A stretch of DNA of 64,000 nt, from positions 558,001 through 622,000 of the forward strand of contig CP060760.1 in assembly GCA_023205875.1 (NCBI GenBank). The letters run 5' to 3'. Below the pieces are notes generated by a model. That model saw nothing but the letters and a program-made list of their open reading frames with translations. It was not told the origin of the DNA and searched no databases. Made by a program: the position numbers and the translations under genes. Source of the DNA: Chloropicon primus. Its lineage: Eukaryota. This document shows positions 33,674 to 46,083 of this stretch, piece by piece; position 1 is the first letter of the stretch; each line of letters starts with the position of its first letter.

Positions 33674-36600
33674 ATGAACGCGAGGGGAGCGGTAGGGACC
33701 GGACGAGGTCCATGCGGAGCGACGACCGCCGTGGCGACGTCCTCCGGCGTTGCTTGTGGCGTGAGGAGGAGGATATGTCGCAGAGGAGGACGACGGTGCA
33801 GAGGGGGGGAGGGGAAGACGGTGCAGGGGTTGGAGCGCACCACGAGGGGATGCACGGGACGGTCGGGGACGTCGAGACCCTCTGTTTCGTGCGTTGTGCC
33901 CGCGGAGCGAAGGAGAGGGTGGCGCAGGTCCGTGCAGGTCTTTTCCGCAACTGCGGATAACGAATCCACGGAGGGGAAGACGGAGATCCAGGAGGCTGGG
34001 GAGGGAGAGAGGTAGGGTTGTCGTGATTTCGTGCGCGCGTGTGTGTGTGTGTGCGTGCGTGCCTTTTACCGAGGAGAGCGAGTCGACTGACGCTGGTGGT
34101 GGATTGTTTCGTCTCTCTATCTGTTTCCAACAAAATAAGCAGTGACAGCACGACGACCCTGGAGTTGAACCTGAAGGAGGCTGCGGAGGGGGAGGGGGAG
34201 AGCGTGGAGCCCATTCCAAGCGACGAGGAAGGGGAGAGCGTGAACACAGAGAGCGACCTTTGGTCGTTCATTGGAAGCAGCGAGGATGAGGACTCCCTGA
34301 CGGACCCTTGGCTCGTGGGCGGCCTCTCCATGGACAGGGATGAGGAGCCCGTCGTCGTGGGGGAGGAAGACTTGCCCGAAGACTTGCGGAAGGAGCTCGA
34401 GAAAGCCAGAGGAGAGAAGGAGGAGCTTGAGGTCGTGAGGCTGAAGCTGGAGTCCGAGGCCCAAGACCTTGCGGAACTGGCTGTGGAGGCGAACGAGGCA
34501 TCGAGCGTTGTCACTTCCAAGGTCACTGAGATCGTGGAGGGGATTGCGAACGTGGAGCAAGAGGAGCTCGAGGTCGAAAAAGATTTCAACGCCGCCAAGA
34601 AGGCGCTGAAGAAGGCGCTGAAGAAGCAGAAGAAGAAGATGGCCAGGCTTGACGCCGCGGAGGAAACCAACGCCGAGGCTGCGGTACCGGATGCCGCCGA
34701 GGTTCAGGGGGAGGAGGAGAAAGAAGCTGCGGCGGTGGACGAGGAATCCCTCGGTTACCTTCAGAAGCAAGTGCAAAAGTTGGAGGACGCTTACAACGCA
34801 TCAAAGGAGCCGCAGGCCGCGGAGGAGGGGGAGGAGGAGGAGGAGGAGAGTTGGTTGGAACAGCCCGCGAGTCCCACGGAGAGTGGGAGCCTTGATCCCG
34901 AAGTCGAAGCAGAAGCGCCGCCGCAGACTGACTCCACGGAAGTCGACAAGCTCCTGAAAGATGTCGAAGACATCAAGGCACTGGAGCAGGATGTCTTGGA
35001 TTGCAGGGACCAAAGCGACCAGCTTGCGATAGAGAGGGGAAAGTTGGAGAATGAGGTGGCTCAACTCGAGTTGAAGTCGGAGGAACTTTTGCAGACAGCC
35101 TTTGAATGCGACCAGAAGGCCAACGAGGCCATGGAAGACGTAGAGAAGGCGGTGGCCGCTGAGATGGCCGCCGAGGCCCGACTGGAGGAGATCGAGAACA
35201 AGTCGGAGGAGCTGATCAAGGATTTGATCAAGCAAAAGAAGGAGGAGATGAAGGAGACAGAGTCTTCAAATGCGTTGAGCTCGCTTGATGAGGGGGATTC
35301 GCCCTCGATCGAGAAGCTTGAGGTCGAAAAGGACAGTGTCCTCTTCAAGAGCGCTGACTTCGGGGCCGAGGAGGACGACAAGAAGAAGATCGCCGCGGAA
35401 GAGCAGGTGAGTGCCCTCGTGACCGAGGCCACCGAGCTCTTGGAAGAAGTGAGCACCCAAGTGGAGGAGGTCGAGGAAAGCACTGCGGCGAGCCCAGCGG
35501 ATGCCGAGATCGAGGAGAAGGCCGCACCAGTGCCAAATGTGGTCGTGGACGCGGAACCTGTGTCTGCCGCAGCGGCCGTCGGGGAGAAGGATCAAGTGGA
35601 GGATCCCGTGAAGACCGAGGCCATCGTCATACGGAGGAAGGTGAAGAAGGAAGCTGCGAAGAAGAACATCTTCAGCGACGCGGTGGTGAGAAACACGTTC
35701 GCTGCTTTGGCCTTGGCTGCCACCTTTGGCATCGCCGGAAAGCTGGCGTACAACAGGGGTTACGTCACCAAAGCCACCCAAGTTTTCCAGGCCCAGGTGA
35801 TCGATAGATTGAAGCCTCCTTCCAAGAAGGAAGAGGTGTCCCCAAAGAAGAAGAGAAAATGGTTGAAGAGATCCAAGGCCAAAGAGGTCCTGCAGGAGGT
35901 GGAGCACGGAAGTGAGTCTGGAATGACAGACACCCTGTGGCTCTTGGCGACGTGTGTGGTTGCAGTCCCACTGATCACAAAGCTCCCCGGCGGATCTCCC
36001 GTGCTTGGATTCTTGCTGGGCGGTGCCTTCATTGGCCCAAACGCCCTTGGAATCATTAACAACGTGAATGCCGTCAAGCACATTGCCGAGCTGGGTGTCA
36101 TCTTCCTGCTCTTCAACATTGGTCTGGAGCTGTCGTTCGAGAGGCTTCAGGCGATGCAGAAGTACGTTTTCGGGTTGGGTTTCTCGCAGGTGGCGGTGAC
36201 CATGATGATTGCGGCTTGGCTGGGGGTGGCTGTCCTTGGCCTGAATGGCTCTGGAGCCACCATCCTTGCCGCCGCCATGGCTCTGTCCTCCACGGCGGTG
36301 GCCTTGCAGGTGCTGCAGGACAGGGGAGAGGCTTCTTCCAGGCATGGAAGGGCCACCTTCAGCGTTCTTCTCTTCCAAGATCTCGCCGTGGTTGTCTTCC
36401 TCATGCTCACCCCGCTCTTGGCGCAGTCCCAATCCTCCCAGGCCGTGGGGGGACAGGAACAGGTGAAGATGTTCCTTCTCCAGATTGGGCAGGCGATTGT
36501 GAAGGCCTGTGTCGCCATCGCTGCGATCATTGCTGGCGGCAGGGTGGCCTTCAGGCCCATTTACAAGCGGATAGCGAAGACGGGAAACAACGAAATTTTC

Positions 36601-37701
36601 GCGGCCACGACCTTGCTCGTGGTTCTGGGCACAAGCATGCTCACCCAGAAGTTTGGGCTCAGCATGGAGCTTGGAGCCTTCATCGCTGGTCTGCTGCTTG
36701 CGGAGACGGAGTACGCCCTCCAGATTGAGAGTGACATTGCCCCTTACAAGGGCCTCCTTCTCGGCTTGTTCTTCATGACGGTTGGAATGGAATTCAGCAT
36801 GACGCTCCTGATCCAGCAGTGGAGGGCGATCCTTGTCTCCATGGCGGTCCTTCTCGTGGGAAAGACGGCGGTCGTCGCCCTGACGGGGCCGTTCTTTGGC
36901 CTGAGCAGGATTGCTTCCATAAGAGCCGGCTTGATGCTGGCCCCTGGAGGAGAGTTTGCCTTTGTCCTGCTGGGCGATGCCGCGGCCAAGGCCATCCTTG
37001 CCAGCGCCCTTTGCAGCCAGATGTACCTGGTTGTGGCCCTGGGCATGGCACTGACGCCCATGCTGGGTGCCCTCGGAAACGCCTTGGACGACAAGTTCGA
37101 GAACAAGGACGTCTTGAAGCTGCAGCCCTCTGAGGGCGAGGTCGATGATTTGAGGGGTCATGTCATCGTTGCTGGATTCGGCAGGGTTGGGCAGATGATC
37201 TGCCAGCTGCTGAGCGAGAGGCTTATTCCTTTCACTGCCCTGGACGTGAGGAGCGACAGGGTCGCCAAGGGAAGGGACATGGAGATGCCGGTCTACTTTG
37301 GAGATTCTGGAAGTGCCGCCGTGCTCCACAGCATTGGTGCCTCCAAGGCCGCCTGCGCTGTGGTGGTCTTGGACACGCCCGGAGCGAACTACAGGTGCGT
37401 GTGGGCCATCAAGAAGCACTACCCCAACGTCAAGGTCTACGTGAGGGCGAGGGACGTGGCCCATGGATTGAATTTGGAGAGAGCTGGAGCGAGCGCCGTG
37501 GTTCCTGAGACTCTGGAGCCGAGTCTGCAGCTGGCAGCGGCCGTGCTGCAGGAGATGCAACTGCCGCCGGAGGAGGTCTCCTCCACGATCGATGACTACA
37601 GGAGGAAGCATTTGGAGGAGCTCAGCGAGCTGGCGTTCGTGAGCGGGTCAAGCCTTGGGTACGGCTACGAGAAATCCAAGTCCATCGATGTAGAGGCTTG
37701 A
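33674..37701 (+). CDS. Plastid K+/H+ antiporter (KEA1/2-like), intron 34012-34139
   Basis: Transit peptide, long acidic coiled coil, CPA2 motifs (GLELS.ERL, LLFQDLAVV, GGEFAFV), KTN domain GFGRVGQ. Confidence 0.93.
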
Positions 37702-37734
37702 TCAAAGTCTTTAATAAATGTATTTTTACTCCCG

Positions 37735-39055
37735 CTACATTGGCAAGGCTTCCCCCTTGACTAGAATCGCCGAGCTCACTTGAATTCCATGAAGGAAACC
37801 CCGTTGGACGTTGCCGCAGTCGCTCTGGTAAAGGTTCCGCAGAGCCCCGTGGAGATCGAGGAGCCCGATGACGATGTATGAGAGCACAGACACACAGGCA
37901 AGCAGTCCCAAGTAGATCCCGGTGGAGCAGCCACTGCCGTACAAGCACACGAACGGCAGCGCACAGCGGTAGTGCTGGAAACAGACAAAAACCAAACCCA
38001 GGAGTCAGTCAGAGAAGGAACGATATAGGTGTCGCGCTCAAAGGACTCACCATCGCATACTCCGCGATGTCTATTGCGAGATCGAAGAGATAGATGAGAA
38101 AAACGATTCTGGCTGACCACTGGATGAGCTGCACATAACTGAAGGGGAGTTTCTGGCCGTTCGTACTTGAGATCATCGAGCAGCAAGCGGCTTGGCATCG
38201 GTTCAAGGCCAGAAGGAGCTCTGTGTACACTTCGGGAAGCATGCCGGAGAGGGCGCCACCGGGGCGAGAGAACTCCGTCTTCACCAGTGCCATGATCTCC
38301 CTGTAGACGCGAGTGACTCTGGTGTGCTTGTGAAGCGGCTGGAGAGCCGCCCACGTCGTCCAGGTCGCGACGCAGTCTTCTGTGACAAGAATTCTCCCAA
38401 GGTCCTCTCCTCGCTTCCCTTCAAGATACCGAATGGTCATCGTGGGACCCAACAGAAGCAAGGACCGGACGCTCAACCCGAACTGCTTCGCGTGCTTGTC
38501 CAGGCTTTGGTCATCGGGATCATAAGCGCTCGCGACCAAGTTGATGACGAGCTGTGTGTTCCTCATCGCGTCCCCGCGCCGCGAACGAGCTTGGATCCAG
38601 TGCGTTTGGACCACCATGAAAACGTAACGGCTGACCAGGAGGGAGAACAGAACCCCGAAAACGGACACGACCTGGTTTACGAAATAGTTCGCGGAAAGGT
38701 ACTCGCCCTGGCTGAAAGTCTCGTTCCGCGGCACACCTCTCGGTTGAGCGTCCCAGCCCGCGCTCGCATCGCCCAACAGCATGGGGCTGAGGATGAACAC
38801 GCCAGAGGCGTACACGCAGAAAAAGAGGGCTTGCAGGTGAATCCCAACGCGGCTGAACACGGTGCCTTTGAGCAGAGGCGTCCTCGCGGGAGCCACAATC
38901 GACCAATTGCCCAACACCTCCGGAGAATACGACTTCACTCGCGGTCCGTTGTACTCCCCGCCGTAAGCGAGCTCCACCCCAAGCCTCGCCGCGAGCCTCG
39001 TCGCGAGGTCTCTCATCGGACTCGGGCGCTTGGATGGCGACCTCGGTCCTGCCAT
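37735..39055 (-). CDS. Bestrophin-like membrane protein (spliced; 3' end uncertain)
   Basis: TM helices, LPFSYVQLI and IGLLDLHGALRNLY resemble divergent bestrophin motifs; GTGAGT donor near 38050. Confidence 0.5.
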
Positions 39056-39229
39056 CACCTGACCCTCCCCTCCCCCCTCGGCCGCCTGCTGCTTGTCAAG
39101 CCGTTTCAAGCCAAAGCAGCAGGAGCAGAATTTGGAGAGGATGGAGAGGATGGATGGAGAGGATGGATGGAGGCAATCCAGGAAGGAGGAGCAGTGCACT
39201 ACGAGTAGGGGAAAGGGGTGAGATTGTAT

Positions 39230-39980
39230 TTATTCTTGGTCTTGGGGGTATGTTACTCCAAGCATTTTCCTGATCTCGTCCACGATATCGTGGGACTTCA
39301 ACGTTTCCTGCAAGCTCCAGAAGTTGGACTCGAGCTTCCCGCCGCGCAGGCACTCCTCTACATGTCGGCACTCGTTCACGAAGCCCTCGCTGTTTCCAAA
39401 GTTCATTGGAACGGGGAAATTCTTTTCGATGGGAAACTCGAAGACATCGGCCTCGCCGGCCTCGTCTCGCCTGACTTCGACCCTCTCCGGCGTGTGCGAG
39501 CTCCAGCACCCCCTCACGCGAATGCTGCCTTTCGTGCAGTTTATGTGCAGCTCCTTCTGGGTCTCGGACCTGGAGGAGTAGGATGCGGACCCCACGCCCT
39601 CCTTGCCAAACCTCAGGGTGATGACTCCCGTCATGTCAGCCCCCGACTCGTGCAGGCTTGCGCAGGCGTTGACGCTCTTCAGCTCCTGGTCGCCAAACGC
39701 GAGGAGCAACCATGCCAGTGGATACACTCCCAAGTCGAGCAAGCCCCCCCCGCCCATCTCGAGCTCGTAAAGCCTCTTCACCTCGAAAGGAATGCTGAAG
39801 CCAAGGTCTGCCGTGCAAGTGATGACTTCCCCGAGCTCCCCCGTCTCGAGGAGGGAAGCAATCTTCCTCGTCGCTGGGAAGCACCTCGTCCACATTCCCT
39901 CCATGAGAAACAGGTTCTTCTCCTTCGCGAGGGCCACCATCTTCCGCACCTCTGAGGGGAGAGAGAGAGACAGACAGACA

Positions 39981-40065
<85 letters not shown>

Positions 40066-40444
40066 GGCGTTAGCGAGGCACGTGAGCGTCAACGATATCC
40101 TCGACGGAAGAACCCATCATCTCTGATTCCTGCTTACCTCTTCCATTCATGCCGATAGGCTTCTCGCAAAGCACGTGCTTTCCCTTGTCCAGCGCCTTCA
40201 TCACAAGCTCGCAGTGCGTCGTGTGAATCGTGCCGATGTACACCACATCGACCTCTCCGTCCTCGAGGAGGCCGTCATACCCCCCATAGTGCTTTGGAAT
40301 CCCAAACGTTTCGGCAAAACGTTTTGAACTCGTTTCGCTCCTCGCCGCACAAGCCACGACGTTGGACTTGTTGAACGTCAGGGCGTTCGTGAAGTCGTGG
40401 GAGATCTTCCCGCACCCCGCGATGCCCCACCTGACGTCCTTCAT
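39230..40444 (-). CDS. Gfo/Idh/MocA oxidoreductase (dihydrodiol dehydrogenase-like), intron 39952-40137
   Basis: WGIAGCGKI, HVLCEKP, MEGMWTRCFP, GGGLLDLGVY. Confidence 0.92.
39960..40064. repeat. Compound (GA)n/(CA)n microsatellite inside an intron
   Basis: Long CA run flanked by GA runs. Confidence 0.95.
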
Positions 40445-40633
40445 CGTGCGCACCTCTCCCTCCCTCTCTCTCTCTCTCTCTCTCCCTCTCTCTCTCTCTG
40501 TCACGGTCACGGAGGATTGAAGCCAAGGTCACGGCTATTGAAGGGAGTGAGAGGAGGATAGGATGAGATGGATTACAATGAATGGTGGAGTCCGTCGTAC
40601 CCGTAAGTCGTCAGCTTGGTCGGCTGCTCCTTG

Positions 40634-41368
40634 TCACAGCTCGAGCTTCTTCCTGGAAACGAGGACGCCGTCATTGTCGGCGTACACATATTCGCCAGGT
40701 CTGAAGGTGACCCCGGCGAAGGAGACGTCGACGTCCCTGAGCCCCGGATCCCTCTTGCTGCTCTTGAGAGGGTGCGTTCCTATGGCCTTCACCCCTATGT
40801 CCATCCTTCCAATGTCCTCGCTGTCCCTGCAGCAGCCGTTGATGATGATGCCTTCCCAGCCGTTCTTCGCGCCCATCTCAGCAAGCATGTCGCCCAGAAC
40901 CGCGCACCTCGTGCTCGCCCCGGCGTCCACCACCAGCACCCTCCCCTTGCCCTCCTCCTCCAGGGCCTTCCTCACCAATGGGTTGTTCTCGAAGCACTTG
41001 ACTGTGGAGATTGGACCAAAGAACCGCCTCTTGGAACCGTAATCTCGAAAGTAATTCACGCTTGCCGCCTCGACTGCACGCGGCACGATCGCGTCCACCG
41101 GATCCGGCATGTGCACGTCGCAGAGGTCCGCCGTCCCCATCCTCTCCGCATCCGGCGGAGGCGTCAACGGAGCCTTGTACGTCGTCCCCATCATCCTCGC
41201 CCTCCCTCCGATGGTGGTCGCGGAGGATGACTTTCCCCCCTCCTGAAACAGAACGGCGACAGGGACAGGAGACGCAGGAGGAAAGCCGAGGACGCCGGAC
41301 GCCCTGATCAAGCCGACCCATCTCCCCCCCGCCGCACCCCTCACCATCAGACCACTCAGCCCAGACAT
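40634..41368 (-). CDS. RraA-like / HMG aldolase
   Basis: [32 protein letters not shown]. Confidence 0.9.
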   Translation of the reverse strand: MSGLSGLMVRGAAGGRWVGLIRASGVLGFPPASPVPVAVLFQEGGKSSSATTIGGRARMMGTTYKAPLTPPPDAERMGTADLCDVHMPDPVDAIVPRAVEAASVNYFRDYGSKRRFFGPISTVKCFENNPLVRKALEEEGKGRVLVVDAGASTRCAVLGDMLAEMGAKNGWEGIIINGCCRDSEDIGRMDIGVKAIGTHPLKSSKRDPGLRDVDVSFAGVTFRPGEYVYADNDGVLVSRKKLEL

Positions 41369-41426
41369 CAAAACGTTCTCTCGCTCCCGCCAAAAAAAGT
41401 GCTGCTGGTGGCGGGAAGGGAGAGAG

Positions 41427-42089
41427 ATGGCGGCGAGGGGCGAGGCATCGAGGGTGAAGCTCTTTTATTTTGACATTCGCGGGAAGGGTGCGCCGATAAG
41501 GTGGCTCGCGGCTCAGACGGGCATAGAGTTCGAGGATGTGAGGGTGAAACGGGAGGAGTTTCATGCCATGAGGGACAAGGGTCTGACCCCGTTCGGGCAG
41601 CTTCCGGTCGCCGAGTTCTACGACAAGGACAACAACCTGCTCTGCAGGATCGCCCAAATGAGGGCGATTCTCAGGTACATGGCTCGCTCTAGCGGGAACA
41701 AGGGGTACTCTTCTGACCTCGCGCAGGCTGCGGTGATCGATTCCTTCCTCGATTTCGAGGAGGACGTCTTCAACGCGATGCGTTCGTCCATCTTTCCCGC
41801 GCGAATTGGACTCCCAGAGTACGCGAGCGACGAGGCGAAGGAAGCCATGAGGCGGAAGGTTGCAGAGGAGGTGTTGACCCCCAAGCTGGCGTACCTCATT
41901 CAGGCGCTGGAAAACTCAAAGTCCGGCTGGATCGCGGGGGGAGACCTCTCGATAGCCGACCTCGCTTTGGGCTCCTCCCTCATGTGGCTGAACGGCGGGG
42001 TGGTGGACGGAGTGCCTGCGGGATACTTGGATGGCAAGTCACCCCTTCTCAAGGAGTATATTGCCAGGTTCGCCGCCGAGTTCTCCTAA
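41427..42089 (+). CDS. Glutathione S-transferase (sigma-like)
   Basis: [31 protein letters not shown]. Confidence 0.9.
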   Translation: MAARGEASRVKLFYFDIRGKGAPIRWLAAQTGIEFEDVRVKREEFHAMRDKGLTPFGQLPVAEFYDKDNNLLCRIAQMRAILRYMARSSGNKGYSSDLAQAAVIDSFLDFEEDVFNAMRSSIFPARIGLPEYASDEAKEAMRRKVAEEVLTPKLAYLIQALENSKSGWIAGGDLSIADLALGSSLMWLNGGVVDGVPAGYLDGKSPLLKEYIARFAAEFS

Positions 42090-42210
42090 CTCGTATTTTT
42101 TCATAAACAATTTGTGTTTAACAACTGTGTTTGCACACACATACACACACACACACACACAACAAAACAACAAACAACAACTGGACAACGTGGAGGCTTT
42201 GTCCATCTCT

Positions 42211-43518
42211 TCACCCCGACGACGACGTCGCTCGAAGGACGGCCTCGACGATGAGGTCCGAGGCCCTCTCGATCTCCTCTTCCGTTGTCAGCCTCCCCGT
42301 GCTGAGTCTCAGAGTGCCGCGCGCGTGGGCATCGTCCAAACCAATCGCCTTCAAGACCCCAGAGACGTGAAACCCGCCGCTGTGGCAGGCGGCGCCCGCC
42401 GAGGCCGCCACGGACTCGGAGAGATCCGCGAGGATCTCCTGCGCTTGCACCGCTGGAATCGAGATGCTCAAGGTGTTCGGCAGGGAGTTGGCCTCCTCCG
42501 CGGGGCCGTTAATTCTGTAATCAATGCCGTGGCTTCCCAGCGCTTCCACGAGCCGGCCTCGGAGCAAGTTTCGCGTCTTGAGCATGTTCCTCCTTATTTC
42601 CTTTCCTTCCAGCAAGGCGATCTCGCTCGCTTTCCCGATCCCGGAGATCAGGAGGACGTTCTCCGTGCCTGGCCTCATGCCATTCTCCTGCCCCCCGCCG
42701 TGCAGAAGAGAAGGAAATTCCCTGCTGTCCAGCGAGCAATACAGGGCCGCAACCCCCTTCGATGCACCGAACTTGTGGCCAACGACCGTGCACAAGTCGA
42801 CGCCAAGGGCCTCCACATCGACGTCGACCTTGCCCACGGACTGGGCGCCGTCAGTGTGCATCAAGGCACCGTGCGCGTGAGCAATTTTCGCGATCTCTGC
42901 GATCGGCTGGAGGCTCCCGATCTCGTTGTTGGAATGCATCACCGTGCACAGCACCGTCTCCCCCGTCCTGAAAGCCGCCTCCACCGCCTCCACGCTCAAA
43001 ACCCCGCTCTTCGTATCCACGGCCACTTCGGTGTAGTCGCACAGTCCTTCTCGCTTGTACTTGGCCAGCGCCTCCGCCACGGCCGGGTGCTCGATGTTGG
43101 ATGTCACCACATGAGGGAGGAAGTCGGAGCGCTTCGGCCTCTTCTGAGACCCGTACTCCAAAGCTCCTCGTATGGCCCAGTTGTTGGACTCCGTGCCAGA
43201 GCCCGTGAAGTACACCTGCAGGAGGAAAAAGGAAGAGGAGGGCAAAGATGGCGTCAGAGAACGGGCAATACCCCGAGAGCAACGAGAGAGGGCCTTCCTT
43301 ACCTGGGACGCTTTTGCGCCCAGCAAGTTCGCCACGCGCTCCCGAGCCAGGTCCAACGCTTGCTTCGGCACTCTCCCATAGGCGTGCGAGGAGGAAGGAT
43401 TCCCAAAGTGATCAAACAGGAACGGCTGCATCTCCTCCGCAACCTCCCTGTATATCGGACTCGTGCCGTTGTTGTCCAAATAAATACACCGCCGGGACGA
43501 CGCAACTTCTTTCGCCAT
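42211..43518 (-). CDS. NifS-like PLP enzyme, selenocysteine lyase-like; intron about 43217-43302
   Basis: IYLDNNGT, FGNPSS, HTDGAQ, GHKF, GGGQE..MRPGTEN, SAGAACHS. Confidence 0.88.
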   Translation of the reverse strand: MAKEVASSRRCIYLDNNGTSPIYREVAEEMQPFLFDHFGNPSSSHAYGRVPKQALDLARERVANLLGAKASQVRKALSRCSRGIARSLTPSLPSSSFFLLQVYFTGSGTESNNWAIRGALEYGSQKRPKRSDFLPHVVTSNIEHPAVAEALAKYKREGLCDYTEVAVDTKSGVLSVEAVEAAFRTGETVLCTVMHSNNEIGSLQPIAEIAKIAHAHGALMHTDGAQSVGKVDVDVEALGVDLCTVVGHKFGASKGVAALYCSLDSREFPSLLHGGGQENGMRPGTENVLLISGIGKASEIALLEGKEIRRNMLKTRNLLRGRLVEALGSHGIDYRINGPAEEANSLPNTLSISIPAVQAQEILADLSESVAASAGAACHSGGFHVSGVLKAIGLDDAHARGTLRLSTGRLTTEEEIERASDLIVEAVLRATSSSG

Positions 43519-43977
43519 CGTCGCCCTCAGCTGAATCCCCCGAGGGGCCAAAACACCTTGTCCTCCTTGTTGTCCTCCACGATGCCTCTCCGCGATTCCA
43601 CCAACCTTCATTCCCTTGCGAGAGGGTCAATCGAAAGCTCGAGAGAAAACAAACAAACAAAAAATAAATAAGAATGCTTTCGATCACCAGCACCTCCCCT
43701 GTCCTCGCTCTCGTCCTCGTCCTCGTCGCCGCGTTCCGTTCCGTTCCTCTCTCTCGTCCTCGCCCTCTGTCGCTCTCTCGTCCTTCTCTGGTTCCCGCGC
43801 AAAACAGAAACAGTGTTGGAGGTTTTCCCCTGTTGGTGGGATTCCAGTGTATACCAGTTTGGTCACACCCAAAGGACAACCCACTAAGCGTTTTTTTCGT
43901 GTTCTCACTTGCTGGACAAGGCAAATCTATAGTTACGAGGAGTTACGAGGAGGGCAGCGAGTGAAACCCTACCGGTC

Positions 43978-45941
43978 ATGGCGCGATCAGGGAAGCGCCG
44001 TAAGAAAAAGGAGAAGCAGGGGAGTGGCTCGACGAGTTCCACAAGGAGGTCGCACTCTGGCGAGAGTCATGCTCAGGGCGCTTCGAAGTCGGGGCAGGAG
44101 TCTCCGACGACGGAGCGGCCGTTACTTCCGTTCTGGAATCAGGGCTTGCAGTTGCTCTACGCGTTGTGCCTGCTTCCTACCGCGGACGACCCCGCCTCTG
44201 CGGGTGAGGGTTCGAGCTCGTCAGGCAAGCCTCGCAAGAAGCCTCGCAAGAAGGGCAAGAAGAAGAACAAGAAGAAGGGTAAGAAGAAGAAGAACAAGAG
44301 GGGGAAGAAAGCAGGGAAGCAGCCGGGTGGCTTGGCGGACGACAGCGTGAAGAAGACCTGGTTCTCATCGATCAAGAGAGAACTTGAAGAGGTAAAGTGT
44401 CCGAAGACGGGATGGAGGTCGTGCTTGAACCTTCCAGAAGATTCTGTGGTATCCGTGGAGACATTGCAGCCGCCCGCCAAAAGGAAGAGGGGGCAGAAGC
44501 TGAAGACCTCCAAGCTATTGTCGGAGCGAACGGTGATACGGACGAGGAAGCTTAGGATGCGCTTGAACCCTGAGCAGGCGAGAACACTTTGCAACTGGAT
44601 GGGAGCTGCGCGTTTCACATACAACAAGTGTTTGGAGGCGGTCAAGAAGGAGGGTTTTCCGCTGGTTTGGACCGTCCTGCTGGACAGATTTGTGACGGCC
44701 AAACCGCGACGCCCTGAGGTCTTTGAGGGCCTGGAGAAAGAGCTGAAAGAAATCCAATGCTCTCCACGGCCATGGACAAAACAGGAGGCAGAGCTTTTCG
44801 CATCCAAGTGGGCAAGGACCGGGACTACGTTAGCGGGGCCTTTGTGAATCAGAAGCATCCTTGGCTGAAGGAAACCCCCTGTGCCATCAGACAAGCTGCC
44901 GTGCGAAGTCTCATCAAGGCATGGGATTCGAACACCGCGAAGCAGGAAGCGATGAAGGAGCGCGGCGAGAAGAAGGGGCACCGCTTCGTTCTCAAGTATC
45001 GTCAACGTCAGCAACCGAGCTCTTGGACTATTGAAATTGATGCAAGAGAGTTAAAGAACGTGGAGACGATCGAAAGGCCAAACACGAGGCACAAGGATGA
45101 TACGAAGCACAAGAAACGACGCAAGTGGACCAAGCTGGAGGTGTTCAAGAAGAAGATGGCCGGCGGGCCCCTGTACTTGACGGAGGAGATCCCCGGGGGC
45201 AAGATCGAGGGTGCCGTGAAGATCACAAGAAATCGCCTTGGGCAGTTCCACATGCACATTCCCATCGCGACGCCATGGGATCGCCTGCCACCCCTGAAGC
45301 CTGAGAACAAGCGGAAGGTTGTCGCCCTGGATCCGGGAGTCAGGACCTTTCAGACGTCGTACTCGCCGCAAGAAGGCGTCGGGGAGTATGCCAAGGGCGA
45401 GCGAGGCTTCGCGAGGCTGTTCAACCTCTGCTGGAGGATTGATGAGATCATTTCCGAGCGCAAAGACCCAAAGGTGAAGCTCCCTTACCTCGACCGCCGC
45501 GACTTGAAGAGACAGCAATACGCCTGCATGGAGAAAATTCGAGGTCTGACGAACGAGCTTCACAAAAAGGTAGCCAACGATCTATGCAGGAGGTTCGACA
45601 CAATCCTCCTCCCGGAGTTCAAGTCCCAAGACATGGTGAAGAAGAACAACAACGGGAGACGCCGAGTGATCAGGAAGAAGACGGCTCGCACGCTCTTGAC
45701 GTTGAGGCACTATGCGTTCAGAACGTTCTTGGCTTCCAAGGTGCTCTTGCACGGCAGTGAGCTGGCGATCGTGACGGAGGAGTACACCTCCAAGACCTGT
45801 GGCAGGTGCGGACACATCAAGGACAACCTGGGTGGAGCAGAGGTGTACAAGTGCCAGAAGTGTGGCTTCAAGTGCGGTCGGGATGTGAACGGGGCACGCA
45901 ACGTCCTTCTCAAGCACTTGCGTCAACCAAAAAGTGTGTAA
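43978..45941 (+). mobile_element. Fanzor2 (IS607-type TnpB-derived) RNA-guided nuclease gene, split across two frames (43978-44847 and 44757-45941)
   Basis: PFWN and WFS N-terminal motifs, RTRKLRMRLNPEQ...WMGAARFTYN (OrfB HTH), WLKETP..IR..AV, RuvC-I ALDPGVRTF, ILLPEF, VTEEYTSKTCGRC, CQKC, RuvC-III RDVNGARN. Confidence 0.9.
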
Positions 45942-46083
45942 CTCCTCAGGGTTGCACATACGTTTGTTAGTACGGGCTGCCGTGCGTGGGCGGAAGTATT
46001 CGTTCATGTACGGTGGAATGGTCGTGGTAGGGCCGAATTACCCTGCCGAGAAACTTACAAACTCGGTGAAACGACCTTTGCAG
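45942..46083 (+). ncRNA. Putative Fanzor omega RNA scaffold
   Basis: 18-bp hairpin 45977-46016 with 7 G.U pairs, multibranch structure 46020-46076, ends in TGCAG; lies directly 3' of the nuclease ORF. Confidence 0.7.

Noticed and set aside
35266..37611. 781-aa antisense ORF, and similar long shadow ORFs such as 42031-43671, 50720-52231 and 56058-57701
   Set aside because: They lie antisense to well-supported genes and are expected from GC-rich codon bias; no recognisable motifs
44727..44847. Programmed -1 ribosomal frameshift
   Set aside because: No canonical X XXY YYZ slippery heptamer in the overlap; not excluded, but unsupported
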